A stretch of 64,000 nucleotides of DNA, from the IMG/VR virus record IMGVR_UViG_3300047678_000276, positions 12,323 to 76,322 of that record; one strand, 5' to 3'. The notes under the pieces are model-generated. The model did no database searches, had not been told where the DNA came from, and saw only the letters and a program-made list of their open reading frames with translations. This document shows positions 9,230-18,631 of this stretch, piece by piece. Position 1 is the first letter of the stretch, and each line of letters starts with the position of its first letter. The stretch comes from a virus. The position numbers and the translations under genes are program-made.

Positions 9230-10278
9230 TTATCTCTCTGCTTTATAAATGATTTGTTTCATTGTGCAATCTGTCAAATCGCTGTCAGGTCGCTTGCCTA
9301 AATATACAGGTTGAAATATAGCACCGCCTTTATAGGCATATAAATATCTTACTTCAACCAAGTCTCCAATTTCAGGTACGTCGTAGTTTGGAGAGATAGT
9401 TACCTTGCCCATAAATATCCTCTCTGAGCCTTCTATAAGCTCTAAGCCAACACTTCTTTTGGCTTTGGTAATGTTTGCCACAATGAATGTTGCAGTCTTT
9501 TGAAACTTGAATTTTAACTGGTCTCCGCCACTTGCTGGTCTACCATGTTTATAAGTAGCATTTTTCTTTTTAAATACAATCCCCTCTTTATTCTCCTTTT
9601 TGAGTTTGTCAAATAAAGCTCTTTTTTGTTCTGTGGTATAAGCTGTTTCAACAACTTGAATGTTCTCATCAAATTTTAAAGTTCCTAAAACATTTAACCT
9701 ACCAACACAAGGTTGGCTTTTCATATCATTGCCATTAAGAGATAGAATATCAAATACATATAATTTGTTTCCGATAATCTCTCCATCAAGAATGAAGTCT
9801 GCTGCGTGTGAACGCTCGCCGAGAACTGAATTGATAATTGTATCAGGTAATGGAACTTCTGTTCCTTTTTTGTTCAGACCAAAGATTTTTGGTCCAGTGA
9901 TAAGCATTCTTCTTTCGCCGTCTTGTTTTTCTTGAGCGATGTATTCGTCGTTTGTAATATATTCTTCCACGTCCTCAATAGTATTAAGGAGCTGTGGAAG
10001 AATAATAACTTCTTTAGAAACAACAGTTACATTAGAGAATTCTTTTTTTTTTCGCCTTCAGTGTAACCTTTTCTTAGCTGTTCTTTTAATTTGCTTTCAT
10101 AAACCTTGTCAGCCTCTTTTAAAGGTAAAGGAGTAGGAGTTTTTGTTCCAGCCGAAAGGTTGCTGCCTCTGCGACCATACTGAAAGTTAACCACAAAGCC
10201 ATCACCAGATTTTTCTAACTGGATATGGTATTCTTTGTCGCTGTTTCCTTCTTGAAAATAAAGTGATACGTTTTTCAT
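9230..10278 (-). CDS. WGR-domain ATP-dependent DNA ligase, interrupted by a frameshift at the A10 run (10043-10052)
   Basis: WGR-like SDKEY..QYGRRG..KGY (10027-10278); ligase motifs EKQDG, DGEII, FDIL, EGIVFK, KFK plus OB fold (9230-9970); -1 frame joins them via ..KEFSNVTVVSKEVIILPQLLN.. Confidence 0.8.
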
Positions 10279-10322
10279 ATTGTTTGTTTTTATATAAGGA
10301 TAGAATGAAAATTAGGGAGAAC

Positions 10323-10592
10323 TTAAAAATCTATTAATTTTTTATCTAATAATTTACTACCACTATTTAAAAGAGAGGCTAAATTATTAATTAATAACCC
10401 CATGTGTTTTACACCTCCAAATCCTTTTAATTCAGCTGCGCTAAAACTACTTAAAAAATACCCTAACTGTGAAATATCTGTCGTTAATGCCTCACGTAAA
10501 GTGTTGCTTTCTTCGTAATTTGAAAGGAAATCATTTATTTTGCTTTTACAACTCAAGCCTAAATTTTGTAATCTTTGTTCTTGTTCTTTCAT
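10323..10592 (-). CDS. Hypothetical protein
   Basis: ORF with class-1 motif; stop codon inside the next motif. Confidence 0.65.
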   Translation of the reverse strand: MKEQEQRLQNLGLSCKSKINDFLSNYEESNTLREALTTDISQLGYFLSSFSAAELKGFGGVKHMGLLINNLASLLNSGSKLLDKKLIDF

Positions 10593-10652
10593 ATTGTTTG
10601 TTTTTATATAAGGATAGATAGAAATTCAGGGAGAACTTAAAAACTTTTAAAT

Positions 10653-11519
10653 TTATTTTAACCCCTGAAAAAGAAATGCTATTGTATCTACATTCCAACC
10701 ATTGCCAAGAGCTTTATATCTTGCCCCGTCGCTTACCATTGCTGTATGTCCTTCAGGAACGCCTTGAAGTCTTTCGTATTCAGTTGGAGTTAATTTTCTA
10801 ACTCTACCATCCTGGATAACTTTCTTTTGTTGATTACCTCCACAAACTGCTGTTAAGGTTTGGCATTTATGTTTTGTTGAATTAACACGCTTTAAAATAT
10901 CATGTCCATTGATTGCAAGTGTGGCGCAAACAACTTTATCATCGCCGTGGAATACAAATGGCTCTTTATAGAAATACTTCTCCGCCACAGTTGGCTCTAA
11001 TATATCTCCAAGAACCAAGGAGTTTTTTTCTGTTGGTAATTCTAACAATGGAATGTTGGTCCAGTATAATCTAGGACGACTTTGTGCCGAAAAGATCTCA
11101 GAATTGATTTGTATAGGCTCCACGCCGAGAATATCTGTGATAACTTGTTCCCATTGTTTTTTCATTACAACATTCTCCAAGAAGAAATACTTTGGCTTCA
11201 GTTCTTTTAATAATCGAACATATTCGAAAAATAATTTTGATTTCCCGTCAAACCCAGTATTAGATGAGATGGCAGGTGAAAAGCTTTGGCAAGGTGAACC
11301 GCCGATTAATAGATCAATCTGAGGGAGTCCTTGAGCTGTAACCTTGGTAACATCTCCTAATTGAACTGTTCCAGGAAAGGTGTTTTGTGTAACTTTAATA
11401 GAAGCTTTCTCGATCTCAGAAGCGAAATATTGCTTCACTTGGATTCCTAATCTCTGTAGAGCCAATTGGCCACAGCTAATGCCATCGAATAATGATAATA
11501 CGTTTATTGGTTCTTTCAT
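10653..11519 (-). CDS. DNA cytosine-5 methyltransferase
   Basis: VLSLFDGISCG, GGSPCQSFS, ENV, QSRPR, LGNGW motifs. Confidence 0.92.
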   Translation of the reverse strand: MKEPINVLSLFDGISCGQLALQRLGIQVKQYFASEIEKASIKVTQNTFPGTVQLGDVTKVTAQGLPQIDLLIGGSPCQSFSPAISSNTGFDGKSKLFFEYVRLLKELKPKYFFLENVVMKKQWEQVITDILGVEPIQINSEIFSAQSRPRLYWTNIPLLELPTEKNSLVLGDILEPTVAEKYFYKEPFVFHGDDKVVCATLAINGHDILKRVNSTKHKCQTLTAVCGGNQQKKVIQDGRVRKLTPTEYERLQGVPEGHTAMVSDGARYKALGNGWNVDTIAFLFQGLK

Positions 11520-11537
11520 ATTGGAATAGAAAGAAGC

Positions 11538-11957
11538 TTAGTTAGAACTTAAAAGTAATTTTATTCTAGCTCTTTCTTCTTCTTCTATTCTTTGTGCTTC
11601 TATTCTTTTATTTGAAGCTCTGATGTACCAAATCCAACGAGAGATATTATTTTTAAAATCTACTGGTCTGGCAACTGTTTTCTCAATCTTTAACTCAGGA
11701 ATATACTCATCATTTGGATTGAATAATTTATAACGTGTGTACCCTTTATTGTCTTTGTATTTTATCAGTTTCTTACCAACAATTAATTCAATAGCTTTAT
11801 GTTTGAAAGTTTTGTTTTGGTCTAAACTTTCATTATAAAGATTTCTAATTAAATTCTTATCTCCTTCAGAGATAAATACAAGGTCATCATTTTTCTTTGA
11901 AGCCATTACTCTTCCGAGTAAATCTTCATTAATTCTGAATTTATTAAATATTGGCAT
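11538..11957 (-). CDS. Hypothetical protein
   Basis: ORF with class-2 promoter upstream. Confidence 0.65.
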   Translation of the reverse strand: MPIFNKFRINEDLLGRVMASKKNDDLVFISEGDKNLIRNLYNESLDQNKTFKHKAIELIVGKKLIKYKDNKGYTRYKLFNPNDEYIPELKIEKTVARPVDFKNNISRWIWYIRASNKRIEAQRIEEEERARIKLLLSSN

Positions 11958-12009
11958 GGTATATTATTATACGTTAAAATTAATAAATTGTTACATTAAT
12001 GCAAAATTT

Positions 12010-12249
12010 TTAGTTCTTGCATATCAACTGCAAATACATATCTCTTGCATCCTCAATGAATTGTTCAAAAGAAATATTTTCAATATACTCTTGGTCAATT
12101 CCGTTTTTTTGGTCATAGGTCTTAACAATTAAACCAATATCATCTCTACGAATGGTAATGTTTTGTTCTGTCTTAGATAGAACAGCATACAATCCAAATC
12201 CGATTAAAGGATATACGAATGTGTTTTTTGAGGCTTTGGTTGCTAACAT
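12010..12249 (-). CDS. Hypothetical protein
   Basis: ORF with class-1 motif. Confidence 0.6.
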   Translation of the reverse strand: MLATKASKNTFVYPLIGFGLYAVLSKTEQNITIRRDDIGLIVKTYDQKNGIDQEYIENISFEQFIEDARDMYLQLICKN

Positions 12250-12304
12250 AGTTCTTGATTTATAAGAGGATAGAAATATATTTTAAACAAACTTAAAAAT
12301 TTAT

Positions 12305-12344
12305 TTTGTTTTTGTTGTAACTTTTATTATCTTTGTACGTATAA
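12305..12344 (+). promoter_or_regulatory. Overlapping host-type (TTTG-N19-TATCTTTG) and class-2 ECF-like (TGTAAC-N16-CGTATAA) promoters for the tRNA cluster
   Basis: TTTG 12305-08, TATCTTTG 12328-35; TGTAAC 12316-21, CGTATAA 12338-44. Confidence 0.7.
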
Positions 12345-12384
12345 ATTGATAAGAAACAAAAATTTTAACTATTTAAAGATATAT

Positions 12385-12457
12385 TGCGGGTTGGAGAAGG
12401 GGTTATCTCGAATGGCTCATAACCATTAGGTCGGTGGTTCGAATCCATCACCCGCTA
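12385..12457 (+). tRNA. tRNA-Met(CAT), initiator-like 1:72 mismatch
   Basis: TGCGGGT/ACCCGCT acceptor; AATGG-CTCATAA-CCATT; GGTTCGAATCC. Confidence 0.88.
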
Positions 12458-12557
12458 CTAAAAGCCTGAAAGGGCGGACACCTAAAACTACCCAATTAAA
12501 GCTAGGATATACAAACGGGGACACTAGTACAAGTTTAGGTTAAAGAAATTAAAAGAA

Positions 12558-12632
12558 ATGAACAGAATAATTAACATATTAAATGAACGTGAGGAAAGCC
12601 AGATGACTGACCTCACTTCGACTATATGTTAA
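12558..12632 (+). CDS. Putative attenuator leader peptide MNRIINILNEREESQMTDLTSTIC
   Basis: A-rich start context; GAA-CGT-GAG-GAA cluster overlaps the 5' arm of a long hairpin upstream of a terminator and tRNA-Glu genes. Confidence 0.6.
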   Translation: MNRIINILNEREESQMTDLTSTIC

Positions 12633-12656
12633 TTTAAAAATATAACTTATCAAGTC

Positions 12657-12690
12657 AAAAGGGTGGTCGCTAAGCGTCTGCCCTTTTTTT
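12657..12690 (+). terminator. Intrinsic terminator between the leader ORF and tRNA-Glu genes
   Basis: AAAAGGGTGG-tcgctaagcgt-CTGCCC followed by T7. Confidence 0.7.
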
Positions 12691-12695
12691 ATTAT

Positions 12696-12768
12696 GCTCC
12701 ATTCGTCTAGAGGCCCAGGACGATGCACTTTCACTGCATAAACACGGATTCGAATTCCGTATGGAGTA
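12696..12768 (+). tRNA. tRNA-Glu(TTC)
   Basis: GCTCCAT/ATGGAGT; ATGCA-CTTTCAC-TGCAT; TTCGAAT T-loop. Confidence 0.9.
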
Positions 12769-12777
12769 CAAATTTAT

Positions 12778-12863
12778 CGTCCGTTAGACTAGCGGTTATG
12801 GTCGCTGTGCTTTCACCACAGTGTTTCGAAAGGAGCTCATGGGTTCGAATCCCATACGGACGA
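12778..12863 (+). tRNA. tRNA with Glu(TTC) anticodon and long variable arm
   Basis: CGTCCGT/ACGGACG; CTGTG-CTTTCAC-CACAG; 17-nt variable region; ATGGG-TTCGAAT-CCCAT. Confidence 0.85.
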
Positions 12864-12877
12864 CAATTTTAACATAT

Positions 12878-13060
12878 TTATTTGTATGAGTAAAAATTGC
12901 GCAAAATGTAACTTGCACTCAACATACGTCCGTGTACATTTGTTGGAATGTGTGTAGGACTGTCCTCAACAAGTGTTTTGCTTAGTGCTTTATTTTCTTT
13001 TGAGTAAGCACCTTTGCCGTCCAAGTATGTTTTGTCAAGTGGGGTTGATTTTCTTTTCAT
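12878..13060 (-). CDS. Hypothetical protein
   Basis: ATG 6 nt after TCTAT. Confidence 0.6.
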   Translation of the reverse strand: MKRKSTPLDKTYLDGKGAYSKENKALSKTLVEDSPTHIPTNVHGRMLSASYILRNFYSYK

Positions 13061-13095
13061 ATTAATATAGAATTAAAACAGGGAGAACTTAAAAA

Positions 13096-13350
13096 TTAAA
13101 GACCGATTCTACAATCTTTTTCAATGCTCTCCTCAAAATTTCCATTGATAATAGCCTGGTCCAATATCTTATCTTCAAACTTATTCCAATCACTTGGTTC
13201 ATTTGTAAATTGAGCATTGGCAAACAAATCATTCAACTCATCAGTATTAACGTCTTCGTTGCTACCGTCATAAAATCCCAAGATTTCACATAACTCATCT
13301 AAAGTGTAATGTTTCTTTAGAATTTCTTTTTTCTCTTTGTTTGATTGCAT
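13096..13350 (-). CDS. Hypothetical acidic protein
   Basis: ATG 6 nt after TCTAT. Confidence 0.65.
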   Translation of the reverse strand: MQSNKEKKEILKKHYTLDELCEILGFYDGSNEDVNTDELNDLFANAQFTNEPSDWNKFEDKILDQAIINGNFEESIEKDCRIGL

Positions 13351-13379
13351 ATTGATATAGATATTAATTCAGGGAGAAC

Positions 13380-13621
13380 TTAAATAAATTCCTTATATTC
13401 TTTTAGGCGAGTTTCTAAATGTTTTAAACTGTTTGTTGAATTGGTGATGAATTCATCAGCTTTATGGCTTGTAGAACCATTATAAAAAGTCTCCTTAAAA
13501 AGGACATATTTATAATACGTGCTTTTATAGCCTGGAGTGTTGCTAAATGAACCCTCTCTTTTTCGATCATCCTTTCTACTGAAGGTATGATAATTGTTCT
13601 CATTTCGTCTTTAAATTCCAT
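13380..13621 (-). CDS. Hypothetical protein, probably frameshifted at a T5 run near 13484-13488
   Basis: Alternative frame (..YNGSTSHKADEF..YKEFI*) ends on the TAA of the next class-1 motif. Confidence 0.5.
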
Positions 13622-13684
13622 GATTGTTTTTATATATGAATAGAAATAAAAAAGGAGAAACTTAAAAATTTCTCCTCAATTTTT

Positions 13685-14140
13685 TTACCAAGATGCTCGA
13701 TAATAATAGTCGCCTTCTTCTTTTAAGAGTTCCTCAAGTAATACAATAGTTTCTTTCACATCCTGAAAGTAATACTCATCATAATCAGTTCCGCCAAAAA
13801 AGAACCCGCTTGCAGTTGGCAATACTTTCTTTGCAGTTTTTGCATCTGCAGCAGCAATAGTTTTCAAAGCATCAAGCAACTCTTTAAGTTTTTCTTCACT
13901 TACATAAGTTTCCTGACATTCATCTCTGCCTCCTTGACAATTTTGAACGAACCAATTATGAAGTGCATTGAATTTTCTCCAATAACCAACTTGTTCAGTT
14001 ATTTCTGAAATTCGTTCAGGTTTAATATCCTTGCGAACCTTACCACCCTTCTTAACAGTGATTTGATGTTTTTCTTCTTTAGACATATGGTTCCAATTCT
14101 TCACATAAGTCTTTTTGTGCAAATACATATCTAATCCCAT
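13685..14140 (-). CDS. Conserved phage protein (MGLDMYL..YWRK.N.LH.WF..GFFFG..YDEYY)
   Basis: Recognisable widespread phage motif set; class-1 motif. Confidence 0.8.
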   Translation of the reverse strand: MGLDMYLHKKTYVKNWNHMSKEEKHQITVKKGGKVRKDIKPERISEITEQVGYWRKFNALHNWFVQNCQGGRDECQETYVSEEKLKELLDALKTIAAADAKTAKKVLPTASGFFFGGTDYDEYYFQDVKETIVLLEELLKEEGDYYYRASW

Positions 14141-14200
14141 GATTTCTTTTTTTTAATTGTTTATATGTTTATAGAATAATTTATAGGGAGAACTTAAAAA

Positions 14201-14479
14201 TTAAATTTCTCTGAAACGACAACAATCTTGTAGGTCTGCCAAAGGTATTCTGCCATATGAAGCAGAGCTATAATAACCTTGACCTTCATATCTCTTTGCC
14301 CATTCTTTAAAAGACGCAAGGGCTGTAGCCATGTTCTTATATGAGCTTTTATCAAACTCGATTGTAAACCCATCAGGGGAGATTACTTCAACTCGTTTTT
14401 CTTTTATTTTTGTCTTTGCCATAATTGTTTGTTTAAATAATAATTGATTTGTTGTTGTTGCTATTAAGACTTTTTTCAT
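14201..14479 (-). CDS. Hypothetical protein
   Basis: ATG 6 nt after TCTAT. Confidence 0.65.
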   Translation of the reverse strand: MKKVLIATTTNQLLFKQTIMAKTKIKEKRVEVISPDGFTIEFDKSSYKNMATALASFKEWAKRYEGQGYYSSASYGRIPLADLQDCCRFREI

Positions 14480-14529
14480 ATAAAGATAGAAACAAAAAAG
14501 GAGAAACTTAAAAATCTCTCCTTTTAATT

Positions 14530-15081
14530 TTATTTATCTGCTTTTTCTGCAAATGCCATAAATTCTTTTATTGTTGGCAATTTGTCTAGTGAGAACTTTT
14601 TGATAAGTCTTGGAGGAAAATATTCCCCTTTTTTGCTATCCTTATTGTATTTGGCAAAGCGATTATTTTTTGCCACAGGATGTACATTAAATCCTTTATA
14701 CACCTCAAAAGTTTTCTTGTCAAGGTCAATAACATATGCCCACTCACACATTAATCCATCACCCACGAATTCTTCGTTATTGACAAGCCCAAGCACTTTC
14801 TTTTTGTAAACCATTTCCAGTATTTGCGCACCTGCATCTCTGCTTAGGTATGGATAATTTTCTGTCCAATTTGGATCAGCATTTACTTTTTCCACTTCTT
14901 TGTCTGTAAGCCAACGAAGTCCTCTAATTTTCTCTGTGAATTTTTTTAAATTAAAACCTTTTGACCTTAAGAATTTCAATGCTGTTAAACCTTGTCCTCT
15001 TGGATACCCATCCCATTGTCCATATTGTGCAATTTTTGTTTCTGCACTTTCAATAACCATTGTTACATTTCTTGTTCCCAT
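14530..15081 (-). CDS. Conserved phage protein (MGTR..QWDGYP..EWAYVIDLD)
   Basis: Motifs shared with 25439-25855. Confidence 0.75.
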   Translation of the reverse strand: MGTRNVTMVIESAETKIAQYGQWDGYPRGQGLTALKFLRSKGFNLKKFTEKIRGLRWLTDKEVEKVNADPNWTENYPYLSRDAGAQILEMVYKKKVLGLVNNEEFVGDGLMCEWAYVIDLDKKTFEVYKGFNVHPVAKNNRFAKYNKDSKKGEYFPPRLIKKFSLDKLPTIKEFMAFAEKADK

Positions 15082-15139
15082 TTTTCTAGTTTTTGTTTGT
15101 TATATGAATAGAATGATTTATCTGTGAAACTTAAAAAGA

Positions 15140-15427
15140 TTATTTAAGTGTTGGTACGTGAACATAAGATACCCAAAAATGTTCCAGGTTAATTTGTTGT
15201 TCGTTGCAGTCCTCCATAAAATTATTCATTTCATATACAAGTATTTCTAAGTCATCGAACGCATCACCATTACCTTCATCTCTGCCAACACCATTGCTCT
15301 CAACAATTTTCTTTACATCAGCAATAGAAGGCAGTCTTTCTCCTTGAATTAAATTTGCAACCTTTCTACCATTTGAGTAGCGGTCTACTGGTATTAATAC
15401 CACCCTGACTTCATATTGTGTTTTCAT
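15140..15427 (-). CDS. Hypothetical protein
   Basis: ATG 6 nt after TCTAT. Confidence 0.65.
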   Translation of the reverse strand: MKTQYEVRVVLIPVDRYSNGRKVANLIQGERLPSIADVKKIVESNGVGRDEGNGDAFDDLEILVYEMNNFMEDCNEQQINLEHFWVSYVHVPTLK

Positions 15428-15456
15428 ATTGTTATAGAATTAAAATTAGGGAGAAC

Positions 15457-16299
15457 TTAAAACTTTAATAAAGGTATCAAGTGATTGTTGAAAGAATCAT
15501 CCGAACTATCAATGGTATGGCACATTCTTTTTAATTCCTGACAAGCCTTCAAAATCTTTCCTGAGCCACCAAAAGGGTCCAGCACCCAATCTCCAATCTT
15601 TGTCCCCTGAGCAACCAAAGTCTTAATCATTTCATAAGGCTTTGAAGTAGGATATTCTCTTAAGTCAGGAGTTAATTTAAAGTCCATTATCCATTGGTCA
15701 AGATTTTCAACCTTGCCTGACTTACTAAATACATAAATATGTTCCTCAGGCATCAAATACTTGCCCATATTCATGCGATTACCATTGCTCCATAGCTTTG
15801 TGTAGCTACCAATCTTATCGCATTGCTTAAGGCTTGTCTTATTGAATTGAGACATATATTTGTCATGTGCCGACTTGCTTGTCTTTCCTGAGGTGAACAT
15901 GAATAATAAAGGACTTACATCAGTTTTTAAAAGTCCTTCAAGTTTTTGAACAAATGTTCCAAATTCCTCAGGAGATATTGTGTCTCTAGCAAATAAATTT
16001 CTATTGCCACCTTTTTGACCTGCAGCTGAATATGGAATATCCAAGAAGATAAAATCAAATAAGTCCCCTTCTGAACTTATCCTATCAATAACTTCAAGGG
16101 AGTTTCCATGTTCGATTATTGCTTGCTCCGATACATATAAGCCTTTGCCCACACGTTGAATGCCTTTGCCTAGACTGTCATATACTCTCCCTCGAACAGT
16201 GGTTTTTGCGATTTCAGGAAACTTTGTATAGATTTCCTGCATTGTCATTTTATCATTGCTATTATTTAATAGCGCTAAGATTTTGCTTTTTAAACTCAT
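15457..16299 (-). CDS. N6-adenine/N4-cytosine DNA methyltransferase (beta order) with N-terminal HTH-like region
   Basis: FIFLDIPY (DPPY-like) before YPTSKP and VLDPFGGSG. Confidence 0.82.
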   Translation of the reverse strand: MSLKSKILALLNNSNDKMTMQEIYTKFPEIAKTTVRGRVYDSLGKGIQRVGKGLYVSEQAIIEHGNSLEVIDRISSEGDLFDFIFLDIPYSAAGQKGGNRNLFARDTISPEEFGTFVQKLEGLLKTDVSPLLFMFTSGKTSKSAHDKYMSQFNKTSLKQCDKIGSYTKLWSNGNRMNMGKYLMPEEHIYVFSKSGKVENLDQWIMDFKLTPDLREYPTSKPYEMIKTLVAQGTKIGDWVLDPFGGSGKILKACQELKRMCHTIDSSDDSFNNHLIPLLKF

Positions 16300-16373
16300 G
16301 GTTTGTTTGTTTGTTATATGAATAGAAACAAAAAAGGGAGAACTTAAAAATTCTCCATTTGTTTTTTAACTTT

Positions 16374-17123
16374 TTATTTAAGGACCTTCACCTTGGTAGG
16401 GAGCGTTCGAATTGCAAACCCTGTATCAAAAGCTTGTTGTTTGCCTTTTGTATTTTTAAACTTCAAACCAACAATAACACCTTCTTTGTCTAAGAAACGC
16501 AAGTCCGTTTCGTCTCCATCTATAACCTTAAAGCCTTCAAACTTTTTTGGTGGAGTGTCAAATACCATTGCTACCTTAATACCTTTCTTAAGCAACTCAA
16601 TTGATTTATCATGATTGTATTCTGAACGAGAAAATAAAAGTGAGTAATTTTTTGGCATTGCTTGTTCAAAGCGAAGATGATTTTTTGTATAATCATAGAA
16701 TTGAACATTTGGAAACAACTCAAAGATATTTTTGTTATCCTTAATTTTAAACTTCTCCCAACGAATATCAGAGGTTCCGTTTAAACGAATTGCCACATTA
16801 TCATTTTTGTGTCTCTTCTCAATTAAGATTAACTCTCTGTAGATCTGTTCCATAAAAGCCGTTCTGTCTGCAAGAAAATATTCTGTCTTATTTAATCTCG
16901 CACGTTCCACGCTTGTAAAGCGACCACGTCCTGCTCCAACTAAACACGAAGCAACGCAACCTGCAGATGCATGAGGACATATGTTAATGCCTTTTGAGTT
17001 TGCCGTATAAGGAGACATATACATGATATATGTTATCCAACCTTTTTTGAGACCTTTAATTGTTTTTGCGTCTCCATTGGCATTCAGTAATTTTGTTGGG
17101 ATGTAGTAATTTGTCTTTTTCAT
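16374..17123 (-). CDS. Gp88-like protein
   Basis: CPHASAGCVASCL, IRLNGTSD, FYDYTK, DGDETDLRF; start reassigned to MKKTNYY. Confidence 0.75.
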   Translation of the reverse strand: MKKTNYYIPTKLLNANGDAKTIKGLKKGWITYIMYMSPYTANSKGINICPHASAGCVASCLVGAGRGRFTSVERARLNKTEYFLADRTAFMEQIYRELILIEKRHKNDNVAIRLNGTSDIRWEKFKIKDNKNIFELFPNVQFYDYTKNHLRFEQAMPKNYSLLFSRSEYNHDKSIELLKKGIKVAMVFDTPPKKFEGFKVIDGDETDLRFLDKEGVIVGLKFKNTKGKQQAFDTGFAIRTLPTKVKVLK

Positions 17124-17650
17124 GTTTTGTTTTGGTTTATATGAGTATAGAAAGATATACGTATGAAACTTAAAAAGATTACTCTTCAACTTTATTTTCT
17201 ATCATGTAGATATACATTTCCATATCAGTCATGTGAAAATAGTCTATATCATTTTCATTAAAAAAATGAATTAACTCCTGTCTGTCAATTTCTCTATTCA
17301 CTCTTCTAAGAGCTTCTAAGTCAGGTAAAAGTTTGTATATTGCCATGATTTAAAAAAACAACCAGTTTGAGTGTGGAGAGCTATATTATCCCTTTCAATT
17401 CCCGATATTGGCTGGTTGTCTATTATATAGAAACAAACATAGGATAAACTTAAAAATAAAAGTTTTTAAGTTTTGATCAGGAAGTTTCTATATGTTGGCA
17501 CAAAATAAAAAAGGTGCCGAATTATAGGAATAAAAAAAGCCCCTGTTTCCAGGAGCTTCCTAATGATAGTCTACGCATTTGGCACTAGTTGCATAGTGGC
17601 AACCCATTTGCGGACAGTATCGACCCGCCGTTAAACCTTACATCGACTTA

Positions 17651-17935
17651 TCAATTTTCTTGTAATTCTTTGTGCTGTTCAGCCAATTCCAAAATTTCGT
17701 TTAAAACATCTGTCTTAAGGTCTTCGTATTTTATGTAATCCGAACTAGTTTCGTTCTCATGGACATAAATAACAGCTTCTATTTTATGAAGTTCAAAACG
17801 TTCAGCGAGCATACAAGTATCTTTTCCAAGAGTTTTAATGACAGGACTTGACGTTGCTTCAACATCAGCAGTTGTAAATCCACCATAGTTTTCTATGATA
17901 GTTTTAATTTTTTTGATTATGTTTGCTTTTTTCAT
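17651..17935 (-). CDS. Hypothetical protein
   Basis: ATG 6 nt after TCTAT. Confidence 0.65.
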   Translation of the reverse strand: MKKANIIKKIKTIIENYGGFTTADVEATSSPVIKTLGKDTCMLAERFELHKIEAVIYVHENETSSDYIKYEDLKTDVLNEILELAEQHKELQEN

Positions 17936-17953
17936 ATTGTTATAGAACTAAAT

Positions 17954-18163
17954 TTAAGGATAACTTAAAAAGTCAATGTCATCACAAAGGATTAATTGAT
18001 ATCTTTCGCCGTCTTTACCAACCCATCTCTCAAAGCCCACATTTGTCCCAGAAGGAACTTTTTTACCTGTAGCTTTATAGATATACTCCTGAAAATCTTC
18101 TCCATCCTCAGCCTGAACTATGTTCTCTAATGGGACGATCCTTTCTATTGTTTTGCTTGTCAT
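17954..18163 (-). CDS. Hypothetical protein
   Basis: Follows 18168-18587 closely. Confidence 0.6.
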   Translation of the reverse strand: MTSKTIERIVPLENIVQAEDGEDFQEYIYKATGKKVPSGTNVGFERWVGKDGERYQLILCDDIDFLSYP

Positions 18164-18167
18164 AAAA

Positions 18168-18587
18168 TTATCCCTCTAATTCAACGTTAATTTCATATTC
18201 CTTTTCGCCCACATAAACTGTGCAACCTATTTCAGCAGCTTCAAAATCGAAGGCATCCTCAATATCCACATCACAATCAGAGCAATAAAATTCAGCTTTT
18301 AATTTGTCGCTTTTTAAATCTTCTTCTGTCAGCTTATAATTATATTCTTTGCCTTCTTCAAAAGTATCAAGGTCAACAAATAATCTAGCTGAGAATTCAA
18401 AATTCTTTCCTTTCTTTCTAGGATTTGTAAAATCTGTGTTATCAGCGTCCAGAATGAAATTTCTGCCGCCAAGGCTTAATGTTAATGCCCCTGTGTTTAA
18501 AGAGAAACCATTATCAGGCAATGTCTTTAAAATTGGAATTGATACAGAGATTTCCGCAGTTGTTGTGTCTTTGTTTAGCTTGCTCAT
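18168..18587 (-). CDS. Hypothetical acidic protein
   Basis: Start MSKLNK downstream of the class-1 motif. Confidence 0.65.
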   Translation of the reverse strand: MSKLNKDTTTAEISVSIPILKTLPDNGFSLNTGALTLSLGGRNFILDADNTDFTNPRKKGKNFEFSARLFVDLDTFEEGKEYNYKLTEEDLKSDKLKAEFYCSDCDVDIEDAFDFEAAEIGCTVYVGEKEYEINVELEG

Positions 18588-18631
18588 GTTTATTTGTTTT
18601 ATATGTGAATAGAACAAACTTTAGGCAAAAC

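Noticed and set aside
12460-12545. Possible extra RNA between tRNA-Met and the leader ORF (ACCTAAAACT/AGTTTAGGT pairing)
   Set aside because: Only one short imperfect stem in AT-rich sequence; no tRNA or known RNA signature.
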